Shown: positions 12,911 to 25,200 of the stretch, piece by piece | Layout of the letters: each line of letters begins with the position of its first letter | Numbering within the stretch: position 1 is the stretch's first letter | Assembly (NCBI GenBank): GCA_964016885.1 | Contig: OZ024759.1 | Span: forward strand, 12,338,001-12,402,000 | DNA: 64,000 bases | Direction: 5' to 3' | Source: Eledone cirrhosa | Lineage: Eukaryota | Program-made: the position numbers and the translations under genes | Notes under the pieces: model-generated | The model's input: only the letters and a program-made list of their open reading frames with translations | The model's database searches: none | What the model was told of the DNA's origin: nothing

Positions 12911-13113
12911 TGTCTCTGGCAGGTTTTTCACAGCTGGATGCCCTTCCTAACACTGACCACATTTACATATATATATATACACACACGTATGTGTATATAT
13001 ATATACACACACGTGTGTATATATATACATATATAACAAAGGAATTGTGGTAAGGAACCTAATGGACCATAACGCACCAGAGTACTCAATACTTAGGGTA
13101 GTAGAGTGGGAAC

Positions 13114-13394
13114 TAGGAAAAAGTATGACCCCGACGGCAGAGCTCAAGCCATTTCGATGGCTATTTCTGGACTAAATTAGAATTTTTAGCCTAGTGAATA
13201 AATAGCCAAACTTTTCAAGGGGGGTACTTCCTTATATGGGAAGACTGTAGTTGTCAACTACAATCTTCCCATATAAGGAAGTACCCCCTTGAAAAGTTTG
13301 GCTATTTATTCACTAGGCTAAAAATTCTAATTTAGTCCAGAAATATCTGTCGAAACAGCTTGAGCTCTGCCGTCGGGGTCATACTTTTTCCTAT
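13114..13394. repeat. Near-perfect palindrome of an L1/Tx1-like fragment
   Basis: Centre GTTG-T-CAAC at ~13254; SLYGKTVVVNY peptide; related sequence at 6357-6465. Confidence 0.75.
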
Positions 13395-14094
13395 ATATAT
13401 ATATACTAACAAAATTAAAGATGTTATGTCTAAAAAGGTCAGAAACATGCGTCTTACCACCTGTAGAAGTTCAAATAATCTAAGGAATAAATCCGAGCAT
13501 TTATTAAAAATTAAATTAAAGGTTGATTGACATATATATTATGAACGATCGACTTTCGTCAAATCGGACCGAGGAAACAATGTTTCCGTTGGTCTTTCCA
13601 ATTGCTAATACTATCTATCGGTCGCAACTCCAGGTAGAATGACATATATATATATATATAAAATAAACATATTGACAGGGGATAATTTGTAAACAGTGTA
13701 AACACATAGTTAGGGAGGTAGCATATTAAAATTTAACGAGAATTTTGAATATAGATACCTTGTAATAATTGTTTCTTCTTTAGGCACAAGGCCAGCAATT
13801 ACCCAGTGCATTACTGGTACTTTATTTTATCGACCCCGTAAGGATGAAAGGCAAAGTCAACCTCGGCGGGATTTGAACTCAGATCGTAAAGGGACGTAAC
13901 TATGCTGGAAAGCATGGCGTCCGACCCTCTACTGATACTGCCAATCCACCTTGTAATAATGATGTATCTATATTCAAAATGCTCGTAAAATTTGAATATG
14001 CTACCTGTGTAACTATGTGTGTTTACACTCTACAAATTTTCACCAAGCCACTATATTTTTAATTTTTAATTTTTAATGTTTTCATCATTTAGTT

Positions 14095-14485
14095 TCATTG
14101 TGATATTTGCAAAAATGATACGTGATGGGGCCCACCCACAGCCCCAGCGGACAGAATGGAGAAGGCGTTTCCCCGGAGGACGGCAAGGGAGACGCGCTGG
14201 AAAAGCCACTCCAACTCGCGGGGCTCACACCTGCGGCTGGTCAGCTTAGCGCCTATGGTGGTGAGTAAGGAGGTAGCCCTGGGGCCGAGGACACCAGAAG
14301 TCTCCACTGCCAGGGGAATGATTGCAAACCTGTCGGAGTGCGACCGGTATTTGAGGAGTTTGGTCTCCTCTGCCCGACGTGCAGCAGAACCTGGTTGCGG
14401 ATGCAGAAAGTGTCGGTGCAAGTGGCATCCCAGACGAGGGGTTTGCCACCACGGAATGGAGAGATGGTCATGCCATCTGGCCTTT
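14095..14485 (-). mobile_element. CRE-like non-LTR retrotransposon restriction-like endonuclease fragment
   Basis: [25 protein letters not shown] and [14 protein letters not shown]...LFQRVSLAVLRGNA; more decayed copies at ~54100-54230 and ~57200-57370. Confidence 0.75.
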
Positions 14486-14529
14486 TGCCGTCAATGTTTG
14501 ATATGTTTATTTTTATATGTCAATCGTCC

Positions 14530-14562
<33 letters not shown>

Positions 14563-14942
14563 CATCATCATCATCATCATCATTTTACGTCCGCTTTTCC
14601 CTGCTTGCAAGGGTGGGACGGGAACTGATTCTGGCTCGATTTCTACAGCTGGATGCCCTCCCTAACACCAACCTCATTTACAGTGAGTGCAGTGGAATGA
14701 TATGGACCCCAGTCCCTATCATCTCATTTCTACAGCTGAGTAAACTGGAGTAATGTGAAATAAAGTGTCTTGCTCAAGGAAACAACACATCACCCGGTCT
14801 GAGAATTGAACTCACAACCTTTCGATTGCAAGGCCAATGCTGTAACCACTAAGCCATATATATATTCCTCTCTATCTCCACCACTGCCACCACCATCACT
14901 CCATCGATTGACTATTTGTTCTACATACATTCTGTCTTACAG

Positions 14943-15099
14943 GTATATGTTACGAACGAGAGAGTTCACTCCTGAAAATATCCGAAACCGAAACATGGTA
15001 AAACATGCTGAATATTTAAAAGATATTCTCAGTTATCGAAAACGTTTGTTGAAAGCTTCACAAAACGCCCACCGCCATTTTCTAAAGCATTTATATTAA
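14943..15099 (+). CDS. Terminal exon of uncharacterised protein (YMLRTREFTPENIRNRNMVKHAEYLKDILSYRKRLLKASQNAHRHFLKHLY*)
   Basis: ctgtcttacAG acceptor; the phase-2 join TG|G completes a Trp codon with the previous exon; TAA at 15097-15099. Confidence 0.72.
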
Positions 15100-15167
15100 A
15101 AAAAAAAAAAAATTATCTAGTTGGATATTATTTTAAATAGTTAATTTCTATTGACTTTATAAGTGAG

Positions 15168-15685
15168 AAAATACACCCAGTACGCTCTGTAAAGTGGTAG
15201 TGCTAGTCCTACGATAAAATGCACCCAGTACGCTCTGTAAAGTGGTAGTGCTGGTCCTACGATAAAATACACCCAGTACGCTCTGTAAAGTGGTAGTGTT
15301 GGTGCTATGATAAAATACACCCAGTACACTCTGTAAAGTGTTAGTGTTGATCCTAAGATAAAATACACCTAGTACGCTCTGTAAAGTGGTAGTGCTGGTC
15401 CTACGATAAAATACACCCAGTACGCTCTGTAAAGTGGTAGTGCTGGTCCTACGATAAAATACACCCAGTACACTCTGTAAAGTGGTAGTGCTGGTCCTAC
15501 GATAAAATACACCCAGTACACTCTGTAAAGTGGTAGTGCTGGTCCTACGATAAAATACACCCAGTACGCTCTGTAAAGTGGTAGTGCTGGTCCTACGATA
15601 AAATACACCCAGTACATTTTGTAAAGTGATAGTGCTGGTGCCATGATAAAATGCACCCAGTACACTCTGTAAAGTGGTTGGTGTT
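15168..15685. repeat. Tandem repeat, 48-bp SINE-derived unit, ~11 copies
   Basis: CTGTAAAGTGGTAGTGCTGGTCCTACGATAAAATACACCCAGTACGCT. Confidence 0.9.
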
Positions 15686-15879
15686 GAGAAGTGATTCCAC
15701 AGCTGGAGCATGAAATAATAATAATAATAATGAAATTATTGTGTAAAGTGCTCAGGTGCACTACAATATGAGATGCCACCCCCACTCACCCCACTCTTAG
15801 TCCAACTGTATGTCTCCTAGGTAACAAAAAGTAAGAGACTATAGAAAAATGACATGACACCACGTAGGCAAGACATTGT

Positions 15880-16585
15880 TGAAAAGTACAAAACAACACT
15901 ATGATTGTATCACATTAAATGGTAACGTCTTTACTTTAATACTGTAAATATTTACAACAATCTTTCCACTGGTAAAGAAACATTTAGTACAAAACAACAC
16001 TATGGCTGTATCACATTAAATATTAGTCTTTTTGTTTACTAGTAAAGATTTACTATAAACATTTAGTACATCACATCACATTAAATATTAAAGTCTTTAC
16101 TATAATACTGTAAATTTCACAACAATCTGTCCACTGGTAAAGATACTATAAACATTTAGTACAATACAACACTATGACTTCACATTAAATATTAAAGTCT
16201 TTACTATAATACTGTAAATTTTCACAACAATCTGTCCACTGGTAAAGATACTATAAACATTTAGTACAATACAACACTATGACTGCTTCACATTAAATAT
16301 TAAAGTCTTTACTATAATACTGTAAATTTCACAACAATCTGTCCACTTGTAAAGATACTATAAACATTTAGTACAATACAACACTATGACTGCTTCACAT
16401 TAAATATTAAAGTCTTTACTATAATACTGTAAATTTCACAACAATCTGTCCACTGGTAAAGATACTATAAACATTTAGTACAAAACAACACTATGACTGC
16501 ATCACATTAAATATTAAAGTCTTTACTATAATACTGTAAATTTTCACAACAATCTGTCCACTAGTAAAGATACTATAAACATTTG
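15880..16585. repeat. Tandem repeat, ~118-bp unit, ~5-6 copies
   Basis: Recurring ACATTTAGTACAATACAACACTATGACT...CCACTGGTAAAGATACTATAA. Confidence 0.85.
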
Positions 16586-16748
16586 AATTAAGAAAACCAC
16601 ATTAAACAAGGCATCAGAAAGACAAATCTGTTTTGAAACATTTTCTACTAAATCATTTTTTATAATTAAAAATAACCTGTTTTTTTAAAGACATTTTCTG
16701 CTACATCATTTCAGGATGTTAAAAGTTGAAGTCCAGTATATATATTAA

Positions 16749-16969
16749 CCCTTTAGCATTCACATTACTCTATATATACTATTGTATTTTTGTAGTAAAC
16801 ACTTTATCTTACATAATTATCTCACATAATATCGAATCTATGAGATTTTGATATCATTTATTTTGAGAACAATACCTTAACATCAGTATAAGCGGCCAGT
16901 TTCTACTGGTTTGAACAGAAAGAGGTGAGACATTTCTGGTCGGATATGGCCGGTTTGAATGCTAAAGGG
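16749..16969. mobile_element. TTAA MITE, full length
   Basis: TTAA TSD and CCCTTTAGCATT TIRs. Confidence 0.8.
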
Positions 16970-18332
16970 TTAAAGCAGATAGACTGATCAAATGTATTTC
17001 TTTGTAATCCAACCATTTCCCAGATGAAGCGGTAGAAATGTTTGGTTCTATTCCCTGCCCGTCCATATTGTTGAAGTGTCAGTTGGGCTGGGTGCTGGGT
17101 TTGAACTCAGAATGCAAGACCCAGGACTGCCCATTTTAAAAGAATAATAACAATGGTTTTTGATTTAGAAACAAGACAGACAATTTTGTGGGGAGGGGAA
17201 AGCCAATTAAATCAACCCCAGTACATTACTGATACTTTATTTTATCGACCCTGTAAGGATGAAAGGTAAAGTTAACCTCGGCGGGATTTGAACTCTGAAT
17301 ATAAAGAGCCATAACTCTATGCCATGAAGCACGTTGTCTGACACACTACTGATTTCTGCCAACCCACCACCCTCATGATGATGATAATAATAATAATTGT
17401 TTCTACTTTTGGCACAAGGCCAGCAATTATCCCAGTGTATTACTGGTACTTTATTTTATAGACCCCGTAAGGATGAAAGGCAAAGTTAACCTCGGCGGGA
17501 TTTGAACTCAGACCGTAAAGGGACGTAACTCCTTGTTGCAAAGCATGGCGTCCGACCTAATGATACTGCCAATCTAATAATAATAATAATTGTTTCTACT
17601 ATAGGCACAAAGCCAGAAATTTGGGAGGAGGCGAAACTCGATTAAATCAACACCAGTGTATTACTGGTACTTTATTTTATTGACTCTGGAACATAAAGAA
17701 CTGTAACCCTATACCATACAGCATGTTGTCTGAAGCTCTACTGATATTGCCATAAAAATAATAATAATTGTTTCTATTTTGGACACAATAATAATAATAA
17801 TAATTTAATGTCAAAAATAAATATTGTAAGATTTATGGGAATTCTTTTCTTAGAAAGTGATGCTGAATCCAGTCTTCCTGAAATGTTGGTTGGAAAATAC
17901 TTGAAGAGTTTTAATTCTTTAAAGAATAGATTTGGTTTGGTCTATTGGGATTTCCAGTGGTAGCGAGTGTACGAGGAACTGTAAAAATATTTGGAAAAGA
18001 AATATTTAAAATATTACCACACTGTAAATGTGGTTGGTGTTAGGAAGGGCATCCAGCTGTAGAAAACCTGCCAGATAGTCCTATATGAGCGAGACACGGT
18101 CACCCGACCAACCTTGCCTCAATTGGGACAACTCCCGTCTAACCCATGCTAGCGTGGAAGATGGACATTAAACGAAGATGATGAGATGATGATGATGAAT
18201 ACATTATGAAACTCCAAAAGGTTTAGTTAAAGGAAAGTTAGAAATATTTTAACCTCTGCCCAGAAACCATCTATTACTAGAAAGGCAAAGGGCAGACTGT
18301 CAGATTGAACCAAGGTAACAATATTTCCTCTG

Positions 18333-21300
18333 ATGCTGGTGCCATGACAAAAAACACCCAGTCCAGCCTGTAAGTTTGGTTGTGCTGGTGCCATGACAAA
18401 AAGCACCCAGTCCAGCCTGTAAGGTGGTTGTGCTGGTGCCATGACAAAAAACACCCAGTCCAGCATGTAAAGTGGTAATGCTGGTGCCATGACAAAAAAC
18501 ACCCAGTCCAGCCTGTAAGTTGGTTGTGCTGGTGCCATGACAAAAAACACCCAGTCCAGCCTGTAAGGTGGTTGTGCTGTTGCCATGACAAAAAACACCC
18601 AGTCCAGCCTGTAAGGTGGTTGTGCTGGTGCCATGACAAAAAGCACCCAGTCCAGCCTGTAAGGTGGTTGTGCTGGTGTCATGACAAAAAACACCCAGTC
18701 CAGCCTGTAAAGTGGTAATGCTGGTGCCATGACAAAAAGCACCCAGTCCAGACTGTAAGGTGGTTGTGCTGGTGCCATGACAAAAACACCCAGTCCAGAC
18801 TGTAAGGTGGTTGTGCTGGTGCCATGACAAAAAGCACCCAGTCCAGCCTGTAAGGTGGTTGTGCTGGTGCCATGACAAAAAACACCTAGTCCAGCCTGTA
18901 AAGTGGTAGTGCTGGTGCCATGACAAAAAGCACCCAGTCCAGCCTGTAAGGTGGTTGTGCTGGTGTCATGACAAAAAACACCCAGTCCAGCCTGTAAAGT
19001 GGTAATGCTGGTGCCATGACAAAAAGCACCCAGTCCAGACTGTAAGGTGGTTGTGCTGGTGCCATGACAAAAACACCCAGTCCAGACTGTAAGGTGGTTG
19101 TGCTGGTGCCATGACAAAAAGCACCCAGTCCAGCCTGTAAGGTGGTTGTGCTGGTGCCATGACAAAAAACACCTAGTCCAGCCTGTAAAGTGGTAGTGCT
19201 GGTGCCATGACAAAAAGCACCCAGTCCAGCCTGTAAGGTGGCAATGCTGGTGCCATGACAAAAAGCACCCAGTCCAGCCTGTAAGGTGGTTGTGCTGGTG
19301 CCATGACAAAAAGCACCCAGTCCAGACTGTAAGGTGGTTGTGCTGGTGCCATGACAAAAAGCACCCAGTCCAGCCTGTAAAGTGGTTGTGCTGGTGCCAT
19401 GACAAAAAAGCACCCAGTCCAGACTGTAAGGTGGTTGTGCTGGTGCCATGACAAAAAACACCCAGTCCAGCCTGTAAGGTGGTTGTGCTGGTGCCATGAC
19501 AAAAAGCACCCAGTCCAGCCTATAAAGTGGTAATACTGGTGCCATGACAAAAAGCACCCAGTCCAGCCTGTAAAGTAGTTGTGCTGGTGCCATGACAAAA
19601 AGCACCCAGTCCAGCCTGTAAAGTGGTTGTGCTGGTGCCATGACAAAAAAACACCCAGTCCAGACTGTAAGGTGGTTGTGCTGGTGCCATGACAAAAAGC
19701 ACCCAGTCCAGCCTGTAAAGTGGTTGTGCTGGTGCCATGACAAAAAGCACCCAGTCCAGCCTGTAAAGTGGTAATGCTGGTGCCATGACAAAAAGCACCC
19801 AGTCCAGACTGTAAGGTGGTTGTGCTGGTGCCATGACAAAAAACACCCAGTCCAGCCTGTAAAGTGGTTGTGCTGGTGCCATGACAAAAAGCACCCAGTC
19901 CAGCCTGTAAAGTGGTAATGCTGGTGCCATGACAAAAAGCACCCAGTCCAGCCTGTAAGGTGGTTGTGCTGGTGCCATGACAAAAAACACCCAGTCCAGA
20001 CTGTAAAGTGGTAATGCTGGTGCCATGACAAAAAGCACCCAGTCCAGCCTGTAAAGTAGTTGTGCTGGTGCCATGACAAAAAGCACCCAGTCCAGCCTGT
20101 AAAGTGGTTGTGCTGGTGCCATGACAAAAAGCACCCAGTCCAGCCTGTAAAGTGGTTGTGCTGGTGCCATGACAAAAAGCACCCAGTCCAGCCTGTAAAG
20201 TGGTAATGCTGGTGCCATGACAAAAAGCACCCAGTCCAGCCTGTAAAGTGGTAATGCTGGTGCCATGACAAAAAGCACCCAGTCCAGCCTGTAAAGTGGT
20301 TGTGCTGGTGCCATGACAAAAAGCACCCAGTCCAGCCTGTAAAGTGGTTGTGCTGGTGCCATGACAAAAAGCACCCAGTCCAGCCTGTAAGGTGGTTGTG
20401 CTGGTGTCATGACAAAAAACACCCAGTCCAGCCTGTAAAGTGGTAATGCTGGAGCCATGACAAAAAGCACCCAGTCCAGCCTGTAAGGTGGTTGTGCTGG
20501 TGCCATGACAAAAAGCACCCAGTCCAGCCTGTAAAGTGGTAATGCTGGTGCCATGACAAAAAGCACCCAGTCCAGACTGTAAGGTGGTTGTGCTGGAGCC
20601 ATGACAAAAAGCACCCAGTCCAGCCTGTAAGGTGGTTGTGCTGGTGCCATGACAAAAAGCACCCAGTCCAGCCTGTAAAGTGGTTGTGCTGGTGCCATGA
20701 CAAAAAGCACCCAGTCCAGCCTGTAAAGTGGTTGTGCTGGTGCCATGACAAAAAACACCCAGTCCAGCCTGTAAAGTGGTTGTGCTGGTGCCATGACAAA
20801 AAACACCCAGTCCAGCCTGTAAGGTGGTTGTGCTGGTGCCATGACAAAAAACACCCAGTCCAGCCTGTAAGGTGGTTGTGCTGGTGCCATGACAAAAAAC
20901 ACCCAGTCCAGCCTGTAAAGTGGTTGTGCTGGTGCCATGACAAAAAGCACCCAGTCCAGACTGTAAGGTGGTTGTGCTGGTGCCATGACAAAAAACACCC
21001 AGTCCAGCCTGTAAGGTGGTTGTGCTGGTGCCATGACAAAAAACACCCAGTCCAGACTGTAAAGTGGTAATGCTGGTGCCATGACAAAAAGCACCCAGTC
21101 CAGCCTGTAAAGTGGTTGTGCTGGTGCCATGACAAAAAGCACCCAGTCCAGCCTGTAAGGTGGTAATGCTGGTGCCATGACAAAAAGCACCCAGTCCAGC
21201 CTGTAAAGTGGTAATGCTGGTGCCATGACAAAAAGCACCCAGTCCAGCCTGTAAAGTGGTTGTGCTGGTGCCATGACAAAAAGCACCCAGTCCAGACTGT

Positions 21301-21545
21301 AAGGTGGTTGTGCTGGTGCCATGACAAAAAGCACCCAGTTCAGCCTGTAAGGTGGTAATGCTGGTGCCATGACAAAAAGCACCCAGTCCAGCTTGTAAGG
21401 TGGTAATGCTGGTGCCATGACAAAAAGCACCCAGTTCAGCCTGTAAAGTGGTTGTGCTGGTGCCATGACAAAAAGCACCCAGTCCAGCCTGTAAAGTGGT
21501 AATGTTGGTGTCATGATCTACCCTGTAAGGTGGTAGTGCTGATGC
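18333..21545. repeat. Tandem repeat, 48-bp SINE-derived unit, ~67 copies
   Basis: CTGTAAAGTGGTTGTGCTGGTGCCATGACAAAAAGCACCCAGTCCAGC. Confidence 0.95.
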
Positions 21546-22055
21546 CACAACAAAAAAAAAAATCTAATTGAACCTATAAAGAGGTAGTGTGGTGCCACGA
21601 CAAAGAGCATCAAGTTCACCATTTTATTCCTATTGCATGCCAGCTGGTTGGAAACATGATGGAAAATATACGTTAAAACAGTTTTCTATTGTAAGAGCAG
21701 TCTTAGGACTGGTAACAAATGGGTTGATAGAATCATCACCATCATCATTTAATGTTCAGGGGTTGAAGAGGTCTTCTTAGACTAAATTTGTACTAAAGTG
21801 GAGCCACTGACCTCTCAGACAGGCTGCAGTTTTGCATCTCGCTTATATACAATCATGTGTTCTATGAAGTGTATTTTATCATGGCACCTGCCCCAGAGAG
21901 TATGTCATGACTTCAACATGACTGGAGGGCCCTGCCAACCTTTTGTTTGGCTAGCATTCTCCGGCTGGATATCTGACCTTCATAACACTAACCACTTTAC
22001 AGCATGTACTGGGTGCTGTTAGGGTTATTAAATCCAATACTACCTTAGATTTGGA

Positions 22056-22242
22056 CTATGTCGTGATAGAAGTCTGGACCACTTCCATACCGCCTGCCAT
22101 ATTCATTCCTGGATTTCTGTGCTCTATAGTTTCTGAATGTTCCCAGTGAACACGAATGAATGTGTCATAGATCAAAACTCCTGCAATTGCGCCAATATGA
22201 GGACCTAAAATTGGAATCCAGAACCAGGTGTAGTTTCTGTAA
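22056..22242 (-). CDS. AQP: Aquaglyceroporin exon 6 ([34 protein letters not shown]...stop)
   Basis: TM6 motif; strong tttttgcAG acceptor; TAG at 22058-22056. The 3' end may be alternatively spliced. Confidence 0.88.
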
Positions 22243-25200
22243 CTGCAAAAAAACAAAAAAGAAAGCAAACAAGAAAAATCGATAAAAATGTTTATAAATT
22301 GAAAGTATTCACCAAAATAATAATTATTATTTCTACTTTTGGCAAGAAGCCAGAAATTATAATAATGAAATTATTGTGTACAGTGCTCAGGTGCACTACA
22401 ACTCATCAAAGGTGCATGTATAGTACATAGAATAATGTACAAATGTCAGGAAAATAAACAGTGTATGAGTCATGATATAATAACAATAATGAAATATTGT
22501 GTACAGTGCCCAGGTGCACCACAACTCATCAAAAAAGTGCATGTACAGTACATAGGGCAATGCACAAACATCAGTAAAATGAACAGTGCACGAGTCATGA
22601 TACACACGTGTGCATGTGTATGGAAGGGGTACATCAGGTGTAGTTTTGGCGTATTTCGGGAAGCATGAGTGTCTTAAAGGATGCAGTGTCTCGGCAGCTA
22701 ACAATTGACGCAGGCAGTTTGTTCCATGCTTCAGCAACTCTGAGCGTGAAAAAATGTCTACGAAAGTCATGGGAGCTGTACTGTTTTCTGATCTTGTAGG
22801 CATGTCCACGTGTGTTAGACACATGGAGATCAAAGAGACGCTCAGGGTTGCAATTGGCGAGATGGTTAAAAACTTTGTGGGTATTCACCAAGTCCATTGC
22901 CAGACGTCGGAGCTTCAATGAATCCATGCCCAGGGAAGCAAGGCGTTCAGTGTATTACTGGTACTTTATTTTATCAACCTCGTAAGGATGAAAGGCAAAG
23001 TTAACCTCAGCGGGATTTGAACTCAGATCATAAAGGGCCGTAACTCTATGCTGCAAAGCATGGCCCGACATTTGAAAATTTTCAAATGTCAACACTTCCG
23101 GTTAGCGATTGCTTTACTTGCATATAATATCAATATACACACTACACACGCTAGCAGAAAACCACCCGAAGGGTGGATTTTGTGCTAATCATTTTAATAA
23201 TCTTCAAATTAATATTGCTATTTTTCTTCTATACCAGTGCAAGTTCTAAAAGTCAACAGGACGATAGATCAATAGTTTGACCCTTTAGCATTTAACCCGA
23301 CCATATCTGGCCAGAATTCTTTCACCTCTTTCGGTTCAAACTAGCTGTAACTGGCCACTCATACTGATGTTAAGGTATTGTTCTCAAAATAAATAATATC
23401 AAAATCTAATAGATTCGATATTATGTGAGATAAAGACTTTACTGAGAAAATACAATAGTATATATAGAGTAATGTAAATGCTAAAATGTTAACTGTTAAT
23501 ATCCTGTACCACGAGAAACCACATTAACAAAACATTCCTGAAAAGTATAAAACAACACTATGACTATTACATTAAATATTAAAATATTTAGTTCAACCAT
23601 TAGCATTTAAATCGTCCAGAATTCTCTTATCTCTTTCTGTTCAAACCAGCTGTAATAGGTCACTCACACCAATGTTAAGGTATTGTCCTCAAAATAAATA
23701 ACATCAAAATCTCATAGCTTTGATATATAATCATCATCATCATCGTTTAACGTCTATCTTCCACACTAGCATGGGTTGTCGAAAATTGATCGGGTGACCG
23801 TGTCTCGCTCGTATAGGACTGTATCCGACAGGTTTTCTACGGCTGGATGCCCTTCCTAACACCTACCACATTTACAGTGTGCACTGGGAGCCTTTTTACT
23901 GTGTCTCCTACACAACCACTCTACAGTGTGGACTGGGTGTTTTTTTGTCGTGACACCTACATGACCTCTTTAGTTTGGACTGGATGTTCTGTGGTACCAT
24001 CATAACTTTACAGAGAAAGGGTGGTGTTGGTGGAAGTAGGAGGATGGAGTAGGGGTAGTGGGTTGAGGTGTATATTTGGTTAAGAGGTGCCTACTGACTG
24101 TAGGTTAACTTTGTATGTAGGGAAGGCGGGTCTTCTGTATTATTGCGTGGTGCCAAAGATCGAGTGGTCATGTAGGAGACACAGTAAAAAGGCTCCCAGT
24201 CCACACTGTAAATGTGGTTGGTGTTCGGAACAACATCCAGCCATAGAAAACCTGCCAGATACAGTCCTATACAAGCGAGACATTGTCACCCGATCAATCT
24301 TGCCTCAAGTGGGACAATTCCCGTCTAACCCATGCTAGCTTGGAAGATGGACGTAAACTATGATGATGATGATGATACCCATAGTATTGGACTGTGATCT
24401 CTCAATTCAGAGAAGTAGCAGCTCTACCTGCAATATTATCTCAGTAAAATATTACTTTACTGAAGCTCACAGAAAATTTACAAAAAGATAAAAATAACAT
24501 ACCTAAAAACTTCAGTGCCCCAGCCAGCTATCAGGGTAAAGACACGAGGTCCCAAGTCCCTTGCTGGGTTAATAGCATAGCCACAATTGAAACCATATGC
24601 TGTACCGATTACAAACACAACACTCCCTATAGAAATTGGAAGGAGGCTTTTGTCAATCTTATTATTATTTTCATCTGTCAATGCTGATATACATAGTAGC
24701 AAAAACGCAGTACCAATAATCTAAAAAGAAAAAAAACAAAAATAGAAATGTTACACCTGCCCCAGCATGGCCAGTCTAACGACTGAAAATGAGTTACTGA
24801 CTAAATTGTTCACTTTATCAGAATAGGGATGATCTTTCACTATAAAAACATAATAGAAACTGATATATAATTTTATTTCAAACTAGCAAAAGAGCTCGTC
24901 ATTGCTGAGCACACCTTTCACTACTGTAAATACCTCTCTCCTTAACATGGCCATCTTTAAATAACCCCAGAATTCTGCTATTTTAATGAAGAGCAACATT
25001 TAACCCTTTAGTGTTCAAACCAGCCAAAACCGGCCAGAATTCTCTACCTCTTTCTGTTAAAACTGGCTGTAACTGGTCACTCAAACTGATGTTAAGGTAT
25101 TGTTCTCAAAATAAATACTTTCAAAATCTCATAGATTCGATATTATGTGAGATAATTATGTGAGGTAAAGCATTTACCATGAAAATATAATAGTATATAT

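Noticed and set aside
15097-15112. A-run after the stop codon as evidence of a processed pseudogene
   Set aside because: The gene retains introns and no TSD is visible
18227-21548. Long ORFs up to 791 aa with His/Cys/Trp repeats
   Set aside because: Open in all three minus-strand frames because the 48-bp SINE-derived unit lacks stops; no unique coding flanks
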